In this document: one piece after another, positions 29,863 through 38,841 of the stretch
Position numbering within the stretch: the first letter of the stretch is position 1
Layout: each line of letters begins with the position of its first letter
Origin: Methanothrix sp.
GTDB taxonomy: Archaea; Halobacteriota; Methanosarcinia; Methanotrichales; Methanotrichaceae
Assembly: GCA_017994055.1 (NCBI GenBank)
Contig: JAGOLL010000002.1
Span: forward strand, 394-64,393
Length of the DNA: 64,000 bases
Reading direction: 5' to 3'
Program-made: the position numbers and the translations under genes
Notes under the pieces: model-generated
Databases searched by the model: none
Seen by the model: only the letters and a program-made list of their open reading frames with translations
What the model was told of the DNA's origin: nothing

Positions 29863-31025
29863 CGGCAATGACCAATATCATCGAGATCCGGGATCTCAGC
29901 TTCTCCTATGGAGACGGCACCCTGGCTCTGAAGGACATAAACATCAGCCTGGAGGAGGGATCCAAGGTGGCACTGGTGGGGCCCAATGGAGCAGGCAAGT
30001 CCACCCTCATGCTGATGATCAACGGCATCCTCCGTCCCAGCTCCGGAGAGGTTCTTTTTGCCGGCCGGCCATTGCAGTACGATGCGGCAAGCCTGAGGGC
30101 CGTGCGCCGAGCGGTGGGCATGGTCTTCCAGAACTCCGATGATCAGCTCTTTGCCCCTACGGTTTACCAGGACATCGCCTTCGGGCCGACCAACCTGGGA
30201 TATCCATCCGAGAAGGTCAAGAGGTATGTGGGCTTTGCCCTGCAATATGTAGGCCTCTCCGGATACGAGCGCCGTCCGCCCCATCACCTCAGCGGCGGGG
30301 AGAAGAAGAGGGTGGCCATAGCCGGAATCCTGGCCATGGAGCCCCAGGTGATGATCCTGGATGAGCCCACCTCCAATCTCGACCCGGCCAGCTCGGAGGA
30401 GATCATGGAGATGCTCGATGAGCTGAACCAGGGTGGCAAGACATTGATAATCTCCACCCATGATGTGGATCTGGCTTATCGCTGGGCTGATGAGATCATA
30501 CTGATGAAGGACGGCGGGATGGTGCGCCGGGGCAGCGGTCCGGATGTTTTCATGGACTGCGATCTGGTTCGGGACGCCCGGCTCAAGCCGCCCCTGGTTG
30601 TGGACATCTATCAGGAGCTGGCCAGCCGGGGAATAGTATCCCGCGGCAGGCCGCCCAGAAATATTCTTGATCTGTGCGATCTTCTCCAGCCGGCTGGCCG
30701 GGATCGGGACGGCTTCTTGGGCAGGATCTACCTCTGCGATGCAGATGGCACAGACGAGATGGCTGTCCGGGCTGTGATCGATCAAATCGGTGACTGCTAC
30801 AAGGGAGCTATGGGCAGCAGCGCCAAGCTCATGGCCGAGAGGTGCAGCATTCCTCTGGATTTTACATATGGGGTGATAGACAAGTGCATCCTCAAGGCGC
30901 TTATAGGCAAAAACACCCTGATCATGACCTCAGGGGGGATGGTGGAGCACACCATGAAGAGGATCGATGACTACTGCCGGGAATCGGGTGCGGCGATCAA
31001 AGCCATCAGGCTGCAGCCGCCATGA
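29859..31025 (+). CDS. cbiO: ECF ATP-binding component with C-terminal extension
   Basis: GPNGAGKST, FQNSDDQLF, LSGGEKKRVAIAG and LDEPT motifs. Confidence 0.92.
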   Translation: MTAMTNIIEIRDLSFSYGDGTLALKDINISLEEGSKVALVGPNGAGKSTLMLMINGILRPSSGEVLFAGRPLQYDAASLRAVRRAVGMVFQNSDDQLFAPTVYQDIAFGPTNLGYPSEKVKRYVGFALQYVGLSGYERRPPHHLSGGEKKRVAIAGILAMEPQVMILDEPTSNLDPASSEEIMEMLDELNQGGKTLIISTHDVDLAYRWADEIILMKDGGMVRRGSGPDVFMDCDLVRDARLKPPLVVDIYQELASRGIVSRGRPPRNILDLCDLLQPAGRDRDGFLGRIYLCDADGTDEMAVRAVIDQIGDCYKGAMGSSAKLMAERCSIPLDFTYGVIDKCILKALIGKNTLIMTSGGMVEHTMKRIDDYCRESGAAIKAIRLQPP

Positions 31026-31319
31026 GCGGATCATGAATCCGGCTCGCTATCGCGGGCCGAAATCCTTAAGTAAAATTATATTGCTTAAAGAAAAGTGTAT
31101 TGGAATGAGCTACTCCATTCCATGCGTCCATTTTGTCACCGGTGCGAGGGGTCTGTCGGCTGGCGGCCGGCTCCTCGCCCTGGATCTCCCAGTTCATTGT
31201 ATTGCCTTTTCAATCAGCTCTCTAGATGATGCTCTAGGACTGCATATGGTAAGGCATATTTATCATAGTAATTTCCGTCAAAATCCGCAATTTGTTAACC
31301 TATATAAAGCCTAATTTTA

Positions 31320-31395
31320 TAAAAGCAAATCTGAAAATCATACAGAGCGGGTAGGGGAGTGGGGGTTAGTAAAAATAAGTGTACCCGCTCTGACC
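31320..31395 (-). ncRNA. Candidate small RNA with a C-rich loop
   Basis: Perfect 11-bp inverted repeat 31343-31353/31382-31392; minus-strand AGAAAAGTATTTATA BRE/TATA at 31413-31427; U-rich tail. Confidence 0.35.
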
Positions 31396-31716
31396 CTGAA
31401 AGCAAACGATAGTATAAATACTTTTCTTGAAACTTCCTACAATGTCGGGTTTCAAGCTGATCTCTTCAAGAGTGGCTGGCGCAGAGGCAAGGATAGCTAA
31501 TATAATTATTATTCGTTAAAGATTGGCATAGAAGACAATACTTTCTCTCTGCTTGGCCTGGTGATATATCCAGGTATGCCGGTACATCTAGGGAGATCAT
31601 GCTTCAAGGAAGAAAATATAATTAACTAAAAATTTAGTTTAAGTTCGGAGCGAAACTCCCATAAACCTTGCCTTAAATAAAATGTCCTGTTTAGAATTGA
31701 GGGTATTAATCATGCT

Positions 31717-34011
31717 TTGCAGAGGGGATGGGCTTTGAGCAGCAGGATAGTGCAACAGACGCTGGAGGGGCTGGCGGTATCAGCTATGCCTAGGGTCAGG
31801 ACCACAGACGGGCATCTGCTGGACTGGGACAGGGGGGCAATAGCCAAGCAATTATTGAAGGAGACCAAGCTCTCCGAGCAGTTTTATAAAAGTCCGGGCA
31901 TAACCGCAGAAGAGGCGGAGGACATAGCCAAAGAGGTGGAGCGGCGGGTGCGCTGGATGAGCGTCCAGTACCTGAGCGGCCCCCTGGTGCGGGAGATAAT
32001 GAACGTAGTTCTTTTGGAGAGGCATCATGCCGAGTGGCGCAACATCTGCACCAGGGTGGGCACACCTGTATTCGACGCCCACCTCATAGATATCGGCACG
32101 GGCTTTGAGTCCAAGGAGAACGCCAACCTGCAGGAGAATGCCGAGACCAGCCATAAGAAGAAGGCGGACAAGATCAGCAAGGAGCAGTACCTCCTTCTCC
32201 TGCCTCCATACCTCGCCGACCGCCACCTGGCCGGGGATCTGCACATCCACGACCTGGAGTACTTCGGAACCAGGCCATTCTGCCAGGACTGGGACCTGCG
32301 CTACTTCCTCTACTACGGGCTCATGCCCGATGGCCTGGGCACCAAGGCCAGCGTGGCCGGGCCGGCAAAGAAGGCGGAGGTGGCCATACTTCACGCCGTC
32401 AAGGCCCTGGGAAGCGCCCAGACCAACTTCGCCGGCGGCCAGGGCTTCTATAACTTCCTCACCTTTATCGCCCCCTATTTCGAGGGCAAGAGCTACGGAG
32501 AGATACTTCAGCTGATGCAGATGTTCGTCTACGAGATGACCCAGATGATGGTGGCAAGGGGCGGCCAACTGGTATTCTCCAGCGTTCAGCTCACTCCGGG
32601 CGTTCCCAAGCTCTGGCGGGACAAGCCTGCCGTCTACGCCGGCCGGGTCTGGGATGGCTCATCTCCTGATGCGCCGCTCAAGACCTACGGCAGCTTCGAG
32701 CGCGAGGTGCGCCTGGCCTTCAAGGCCTTGATGGAGGTCATGCTGGCCGGGGATTACTGGGGCAAGCCCTTCAACTTCCCCAAGCCCGAGATCAGCATCG
32801 AGCCGGACTTCATGAAGGAGGACGAGGCCTATAACGCGGCCCATCCCGATCTGCCCAGCTACAGGGATCTGTATCTTCTGACCTTCAAGCTGGCAGCAGA
32901 GTACGGCACGCCCTACTTCGACAACCAGCTTCCTGCCTACCGGGGAGCGGGGGAGGGGATCTCCTGCTACCAGTGCTGCGCCTATCAGTTCGCTGCCACG
33001 GCTGACAGCGACAGCCAGTTCGAAGACAAGCTGCTCTTCAAGGACGGCAAGCACTTCTCCATGGGCTCATGGCAGGTGGTATCACTTAACTGCCCGCGAG
33101 CGGCATATCTGGCCAGGGGCGACGATGAGCTTCTTTTTGAGTACCTGAGGGAGCTGATGGATACATCGGTGGAGATATTCAAGGTCAAGCGGGAGTGGAT
33201 GAACCAGATCATCAAGAATCACCGCATGCCTTTCGCCACCCAGCAGCCGCGCGATCCCATCACCGGAGAGAAGGGGTCTGTGGCAGTGGGCCTGGAGGGG
33301 CTGGTATATACCATCGGCGTGGTGGGAGTCAATGAGATGGTGCAGTTTCATACTGGGAAACAGATGCATGAGTCCAGAGACGCCTGGAAGCTGGCGGTTC
33401 GGGCCATGACCGAGATGGAGATCTACTCCAAGAAGCTCTCCCAGATGCACGGCATGACCATTGCCCTGGCCCGAACGCCGGCTGAGACCACCGCTCAGCG
33501 CTTTGCCGTCTCAGACCTGATCCATGAGGAGTTCAGGGAATATGCGGAGAAGGTGGTGAAGGGCGACCTGGATGCAGTGAAGAAGAAGCTTCATAAGACC
33601 CGTGACCTGCCCGTCTATTACACCAATGGCACTCACCTGCCGCCCTCCGCCGATGTGACAATCTTTGAGAGGGCCAAGCATGAGCATGTCTTCTTCCCCA
33701 TAGTCGACGGCGGCAACATCTTCCACATCTTCTTAGGAGAAGCAGCTCCCGATCCACAGGGATTGATGGACTTCGGGATGCGACTGTCCCGTGAGACCCA
33801 GATCGGCTATTTCACCTTCAGCAAGGACATAACCGTCTGTCTGGGATGCTCCATGGTATCCGGCGGCCTGAAGGATAGCTGCCCCAACTGCGGCTCAGAG
33901 GACGTAGACCATATAAGCCGCATCACCGGCTATCTCCAGGCAGTGAGCGGATGGAACAGTGCCAAGCGTCAGGAGCTGAAGGATCGAAAGAGGTACAACC
34001 AGCTGGCCTAA
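31717..34011 (+). CDS. nrdD: Anaerobic (class III) ribonucleoside-triphosphate reductase
   Basis: ATP cone, GDLHIHDLEY, TPAETTAQRF, YTNGTH, CxxC...CPNCG and RITGYL glycyl radical motif; start may be TTG 31735. Confidence 0.96.
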   Translation: MQRGWALSSRIVQQTLEGLAVSAMPRVRTTDGHLLDWDRGAIAKQLLKETKLSEQFYKSPGITAEEAEDIAKEVERRVRWMSVQYLSGPLVREIMNVVLLERHHAEWRNICTRVGTPVFDAHLIDIGTGFESKENANLQENAETSHKKKADKISKEQYLLLLPPYLADRHLAGDLHIHDLEYFGTRPFCQDWDLRYFLYYGLMPDGLGTKASVAGPAKKAEVAILHAVKALGSAQTNFAGGQGFYNFLTFIAPYFEGKSYGEILQLMQMFVYEMTQMMVARGGQLVFSSVQLTPGVPKLWRDKPAVYAGRVWDGSSPDAPLKTYGSFEREVRLAFKALMEVMLAGDYWGKPFNFPKPEISIEPDFMKEDEAYNAAHPDLPSYRDLYLLTFKLAAEYGTPYFDNQLPAYRGAGEGISCYQCCAYQFAATADSDSQFEDKLLFKDGKHFSMGSWQVVSLNCPRAAYLARGDDELLFEYLRELMDTSVEIFKVKREWMNQIIKNHRMPFATQQPRDPITGEKGSVAVGLEGLVYTIGVVGVNEMVQFHTGKQMHESRDAWKLAVRAMTEMEIYSKKLSQMHGMTIALARTPAETTAQRFAVSDLIHEEFREYAEKVVKGDLDAVKKKLHKTRDLPVYYTNGTHLPPSADVTIFERAKHEHVFFPIVDGGNIFHIFLGEAAPDPQGLMDFGMRLSRETQIGYFTFSKDITVCLGCSMVSGGLKDSCPNCGSEDVDHISRITGYLQAVSGWNSAKRQELKDRKRYNQLA

Positions 34012-34119
34012 AACCAGCTGGCTTAAATGCCGGTTGAGCTGCACCGGCTAACGAAAGGTATATATCAGATATACTAACAGGAAGGTTTGCCGTGTGAGGC
34101 AAATTTGGAGGATTTAATA

Positions 34120-34296
34120 ATGCCTGCAGTTGTCAACCGAGATGAGTGCGTAAGCTGTGGAACCTGTGTCGAGGAGTGCCCGGAAGAAGCCATCACCATG
34201 GGCGACGATGAAATCGCAGTAGTAAACAAGGAAAAGTGCACTGAGTGCAAGACATGCGTTGAGGCTTGCCCATCCGAAGCCATCAGCATGGAATAA
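34120..34296 (+). CDS. 2x[4Fe-4S] ferredoxin
   Basis: [12 protein letters not shown] and [12 protein letters not shown]; GGAGG SD. Confidence 0.95.
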   Translation: MPAVVNRDECVSCGTCVEECPEEAITMGDDEIAVVNKEKCTECKTCVEACPSEAISME

Positions 34297-34310
34297 ATTG
34301 CACCACTCAG

Positions 34311-34335
34311 CTTTTTTTTTAGGGCTTTTATTTTC
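34311..34335 (+). terminator. Oligo-T archaeal terminator after the ferredoxin gene
   Basis: CTTTTTTTTT run followed by further T-runs just after the stop codon. Confidence 0.5.
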
Positions 34336-34380
34336 ATATCGCAAAGGCACTATCTATTAGCCTGCTCCCTTCCATAAGTT

Positions 34381-35028
34381 TTACTCCTTTATAGCCTCGT
34401 AAAACTGCTCCCAATCGAGGTCAGTAGACACGCAGCCTGCCCTTAGAAGAGGAACGCCTCTGGCCGGTATGCCGTAGCGGTGGCAGAGATCCAGCCCCTC
34501 TTTTATTTCCATGTGACAGCCAACGCCAACAATGGCCTGCGGCTGATATTTCTTTATCATCCTCTTGATGAAGCTCGATCCGGGCACAACAAATAGCCGG
34601 TAGCCCAAGCCCTCAGCATATTTTTTTGCTTCACCCACCCGGCAGCGCCCGCAATCGATGCATTTTATGCCCTCGGGAGTCAGCTTGGCTGGACACTCTG
34701 TGCTGCGAACGCATTGGGGCATGAAGATGAAGCGCTCTTCATAAGGGACTCTTGAGAATTTTCTGTTGTTTATGTAATTGCGCAGCCTCACACCCACATC
34801 GTCTACGATGCTGTCATCTATTCTGAGGAGCCAGAATATGGCTTTTACCACATTCTCCAGAAGGATTATGCCTATGAGCATATAGCGGGCGGCAAAGAAG
34901 TTCCCGGTCTTGAAGGAGTAAAGGACGAGCAGAGCCACGATTATGGACAAAATGAGCACCGCGAAGGCCAGCAGCACTACTGCCTCTCCCACGAGATAAA
35001 AGAGCCGGTTTATATACTCGGGAAACAT
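34381..35028 (-). CDS. DUF116 family protein
   Basis: FMPQCVRSTECPA...CIDCGRC...VPGSS...GVGC; start reassigned to MFPEY. Confidence 0.85.
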   Translation of the reverse strand: MFPEYINRLFYLVGEAVVLLAFAVLILSIIVALLVLYSFKTGNFFAARYMLIGIILLENVVKAIFWLLRIDDSIVDDVGVRLRNYINNRKFSRVPYEERFIFMPQCVRSTECPAKLTPEGIKCIDCGRCRVGEAKKYAEGLGYRLFVVPGSSFIKRMIKKYQPQAIVGVGCHMEIKEGLDLCHRYGIPARGVPLLRAGCVSTDLDWEQFYEAIKE

Positions 35029-35152
35029 AACATGGCCCTGGAAAACCTCCCGCCTATAAATCAATTGCCTAGATGGCGGCGCAAGTTTTTTATCCCACCT
35101 GGCAGGGAGAGTTACACCTTCGCCTTTATGAAATTTGATGAGGACTGTAAAG

Positions 35153-35608
35153 ATGGCTAAGATGCATAGCAGAAAAAAGGGCTCCTCCCGATCCCGACCT
35201 CCTGTGGGCGCCAAGGCACCTGCCTGGTCTGATATATCCAAAGAGGAGCTGGAAAAGACTATCATGAAGCTGCATGAGAGCGGAGCGGCCCCCAGCAAGA
35301 TCGGCCTGACCCTGAGGGATCAGTACGGGGTTCCCAGCACCAAGCTGGCATTGGGCAAGAGCATAACCGGCCTCTTAAAGGAGAATAAGGCCCTGCCCGA
35401 TATCCCTGAGGACCTGGCTAATCTCATGAGAAAGGCCCTGCATGTCAGGAAGCATATCAATGCCAATAAAAAGGATGATCACAACAAAAGAGCTCTGCAA
35501 CTGACTGAGAACAAGGTAAGACGGCTGGTTAAATACTACCATGACTCCGGACGGCTGGCGCCGGAATGGACTTATTCGCCGGAGACGGCTGAGATTCTCA
35601 TCTCATGA
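35153..35608 (+). CDS. rps15: 30S ribosomal protein S15 (uS15)
   Basis: MAKMHSRKKGSSRS, IGLTLRDQYGVP and IPEDL motifs. Confidence 0.97.
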   Translation: MAKMHSRKKGSSRSRPPVGAKAPAWSDISKEELEKTIMKLHESGAAPSKIGLTLRDQYGVPSTKLALGKSITGLLKENKALPDIPEDLANLMRKALHVRKHINANKKDDHNKRALQLTENKVRRLVKYYHDSGRLAPEWTYSPETAEILIS

Positions 35609-36933
35609 AGCGGCTGGATAAAGCTGCTGAGGCCATTGCCAGGTCGATACTGCATTGCGAGAGCATGCGGGTGATCTCCCACGACGATGCCGACGGGATC
35701 ACCTCCGCTGCCCTGATCTGCACTGCGCTGCGGCGTGCCGGAATACCTTTTCAGGCTACACTGCTCAATAGACTGGACGAGACTGTACTTGCCGGCCTGG
35801 ACCGGCCGGTGGTCTTCTGCGATATGGGCAGCGGCAAGCCGGAGACTATATCCCGGATCAAAGAGGACTGTTTTGTTCTGGACCACCACCGGCCGGTGGG
35901 AAGTATAGATTGCATGCACTTAAATCCCCATCTCTTCGGAATTGATGGGGCCTTTGAGCTGTCTGCAGCGGGTACGGTCTACTCCGTGGTCCGGCATATG
36001 GGTGATAACTCCGATCTGGCCGGCCTGGCCCTGGTAGGGGCTATGGGCGACCGGCAGGCCATGATCGGGGCCAACCGGAGCATCCTGGATGAGGCGGTAT
36101 CCTCCGGAGCGGTGGAGGTCCGGCCAGGCCTGAAGATGGCCCAGGACGGACCTGTGGAGGAGGTCTTCGCCAGCTGTATAGAGCCGCTCCTGCAATATGT
36201 GGGGGACAGATATGCGGCGACACAGTTCTTGCAGGAGCTGAAGATCTCCGGCCATGTGGAGAGCCTGGAGAAGGATGATCTGGCCCGACTGAGCTCAGCC
36301 ATCGCTCTCAAACTGCTGATGCAGGGCTCCTTTGCCGCCGACTCCATTGTGGGGGAGGTTATCCGGCTGCGGCATGAGGTGGTGGAGAACTCCCTGGAGA
36401 TGGTGCAGCTATTAAACGCCTGCGGCAACCGTGACGTGCCAGGGCTGGGCCTGCAGATATGCCTGCGCGATGAGAGCGCCCTGCCTGAGGCCCGCAAGAT
36501 GGCGGCGGAGTACAAGGATCATATCCTGCGGGAGATAGCCCTTTTGCGAGAGGAGAGCCGGGCATTGAAGAATATTCGCTATCTGAAGATGGAGAATGGC
36601 GAGGCGGGGGCGATTGTATCCGGCCTGGGGATACGCTATCTTTATACTGATCTGCCTTTGATTACCCTCAACCACAAGGAAGGAATAGTCAAGATCTCGG
36701 CGCGTGGGAACAGGCCGCTGATCTCCCGGGGGCTGGACCTCTCTGTGGCTATGCGACGGGCGACTGGAGCGGTGGGCGGAGTGGGCGGCGGGCACACCAT
36801 CGCCAGCGGGGGCTCCATTCCCCCTGGATCTGAGGATCGGTTCCTCACTATTTTGGATGAGATTGTGGGAGAGCAGCTTCATTCCCCCGAAAAGGAGCCG
36901 GCTCTCCCGACGGAGAGCGGGAGCGGATTATGA
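35605..36933 (+). CDS. DHH/DHHA1 phosphoesterase (RecJ-like)
   Basis: SHDDADGITS, DMGSG, LDHH and GGGHTIASG motifs; conserved position after rps15. Confidence 0.92.
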   Translation: MKRLDKAAEAIARSILHCESMRVISHDDADGITSAALICTALRRAGIPFQATLLNRLDETVLAGLDRPVVFCDMGSGKPETISRIKEDCFVLDHHRPVGSIDCMHLNPHLFGIDGAFELSAAGTVYSVVRHMGDNSDLAGLALVGAMGDRQAMIGANRSILDEAVSSGAVEVRPGLKMAQDGPVEEVFASCIEPLLQYVGDRYAATQFLQELKISGHVESLEKDDLARLSSAIALKLLMQGSFAADSIVGEVIRLRHEVVENSLEMVQLLNACGNRDVPGLGLQICLRDESALPEARKMAAEYKDHILREIALLREESRALKNIRYLKMENGEAGAIVSGLGIRYLYTDLPLITLNHKEGIVKISARGNRPLISRGLDLSVAMRRATGAVGGVGGGHTIASGGSIPPGSEDRFLTILDEIVGEQLHSPEKEPALPTESGSGL

Positions 36934-37151
36934 TCCGGGCCCGCCTTGTTTTCCGGGGGCGGGAGGCTGAGGCTGCGGCCAAGGCAGTGGAGCCGGACAA
37001 CCTGCCCAATATGGCCCTGGATGTGGAGGCGGACCGTCTCACATTGCAGTTCTCCACGGAGAAGATTGGGACTCTGCTCTCCACAGTAGACGATCTGCTG
37101 ATGAACATTAAAATAGCGGAAGAGACAGTGAAGATCACGGAGGAGAGATGA
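36930..37151 (+). CDS. pcc1: KEOPS complex subunit Pcc1
   Basis: AVEPDN...[17 protein letters not shown]; conserved synteny. Confidence 0.85.
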   Translation: MIRARLVFRGREAEAAAKAVEPDNLPNMALDVEADRLTLQFSTEKIGTLLSTVDDLLMNIKIAEETVKITEER

Positions 37152-38647
37152 AATTTCATTTGGAGGCCAGCCTGCGGCTGAGCGGCGACGCGGCCAGCGC
37201 CGAGGCGGCTCTCTCAGAATTCTTTGCCAGCGCCTGCCCCATATTGCAGAAGGGAGCGCCGGAGGGGCAGGGAGCCCATTTGACCGCCTGGAAGCTCTAT
37301 GGAAATAAGATCGATCTGGTCATAGACAGCGACAGATTTGTGCGGGCCCATGATGCCCTGCTGAGGCTGCGCCGGCCGCTATCTGAGCTGTTAGGCAAGC
37401 AATTCCGGATCGGAGTGCGGGGCCTGGATGTGAGCAGGTTCGATATCGAGGTGGAATCGGACCGGGCCATCACCCACAAGATCCCCTATGTCCGGGAGAT
37501 CAGGCATGAAGGCGGACGGCTTTTCCTGTCTTTGGATGTGGGCCCGGAGGGAACTCTAGGCCAGTCGGAGATAGAAAACCGCATCCCTGACCGGATCATC
37601 AGCCTGCTGGAAGAGAAGCTGCAGACCTATGGCGGCAAGACCGAGCACTGGGAGCTACTATGGGAGAGCGCAGCCCGGGAGCCCAAGTTCAACCGGGATC
37701 CCACCGAGGAGATGCAGAAGGTGGGCTGGATCAAGCACGGCTCCAGCCGGGGGCAGTGGATCTACGGGCCTCAGGCCACCGCCGTCTTCCGGGCCTTCGA
37801 GAGGATTGTGCTGGAGGAGATCCTGAAGCCGCTGGCCTATCGGGAGATGATCTTTCCCAAGCTGGATACATGGGACGTCTGGAAGAAGAGCGGCCATGCG
37901 CAAGGGGTTTACCCCGAGATCTACTTCGTCTGCCCCCCCAAGACCCGGGACCCGGCCTTCTGGGAGGAGGTCATGGACTACTACAAGATCACCCATGAGG
38001 TCCCCCTGGAGCTGGTCAAGGAGAAGATAGATGTTCCCATCGGAGGGATGTGCTATGCCCAGTGTCCCACCTTCTGGGGATTTCTGCAGGGGATGACTCT
38101 CCCCAATGAGGAGCTGCCCATATGCGTATTCGACCGATCGGGCACCAGCCACCGCTATGAGTCCGGCGGAATTCACGGCATAGAGAGGGTGGATGAGTTT
38201 CACCGGATTGAGATCGTCTGGCTGGGGACAAAGGAGCAGGTTTTGGCGGAGAAGGAGAAGCTGACCGCCTGCTACAAGCACATCTTCGAGGATATACTGG
38301 AGCTGCGCTGGCGCACGGCCTGGGTCACCCCATGGTTCATGGCCCAGGAGGGCAAGACCGGTCTCTCTGAGATGACCGGGGCGGGAACTGTGGACTATGA
38401 GGCGGTGCTGCCCTACAATGGAAACTGGATTGAGTTTCAGAACCTATCCGTGAACGGGGAGAAGTACCCCAAGGGCTTCACAGTGAAGGCCCAGAGCGGC
38501 GAGGCTCTCTGGTCCGGATGCAGCGGTGTGGGCCTGGAGAGGTGGGCTTCGGCCTTCCTCAGCCAGAAGGGCCTGGAGCCGGAGAACTGGCCGGAGGCGT
38601 TCCGGAAGTACTTTGGGGAGATGCCCAAAGGGATCAGATTCCTCTGA
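37148..38647 (+). CDS. serS: Serine--tRNA ligase, methanogen type
   Basis: [36 protein letters not shown] and [12 protein letters not shown] motifs. Confidence 0.95.
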   Translation: MKFHLEASLRLSGDAASAEAALSEFFASACPILQKGAPEGQGAHLTAWKLYGNKIDLVIDSDRFVRAHDALLRLRRPLSELLGKQFRIGVRGLDVSRFDIEVESDRAITHKIPYVREIRHEGGRLFLSLDVGPEGTLGQSEIENRIPDRIISLLEEKLQTYGGKTEHWELLWESAAREPKFNRDPTEEMQKVGWIKHGSSRGQWIYGPQATAVFRAFERIVLEEILKPLAYREMIFPKLDTWDVWKKSGHAQGVYPEIYFVCPPKTRDPAFWEEVMDYYKITHEVPLELVKEKIDVPIGGMCYAQCPTFWGFLQGMTLPNEELPICVFDRSGTSHRYESGGIHGIERVDEFHRIEIVWLGTKEQVLAEKEKLTACYKHIFEDILELRWRTAWVTPWFMAQEGKTGLSEMTGAGTVDYEAVLPYNGNWIEFQNLSVNGEKYPKGFTVKAQSGEALWSGCSGVGLERWASAFLSQKGLEPENWPEAFRKYFGEMPKGIRFL

Positions 38648-38841
38648 TCCCTGAGGGGTTTTTCTTGAGATCTATCGTGGCTGGTTGTGCATAAATTAGG
38701 CGGCGAATAGCATTATAGATAAATTGGCTAAAAAAAACGCTTGTAGCATAGGACCCAGAATTATCCCAGCGGGCATCTGTTCGGGATGGATCAGAAATAT
38801 CTTTATAAGCTCCTCGGGGTATTCGCTTTTGGTGCGAGTCA

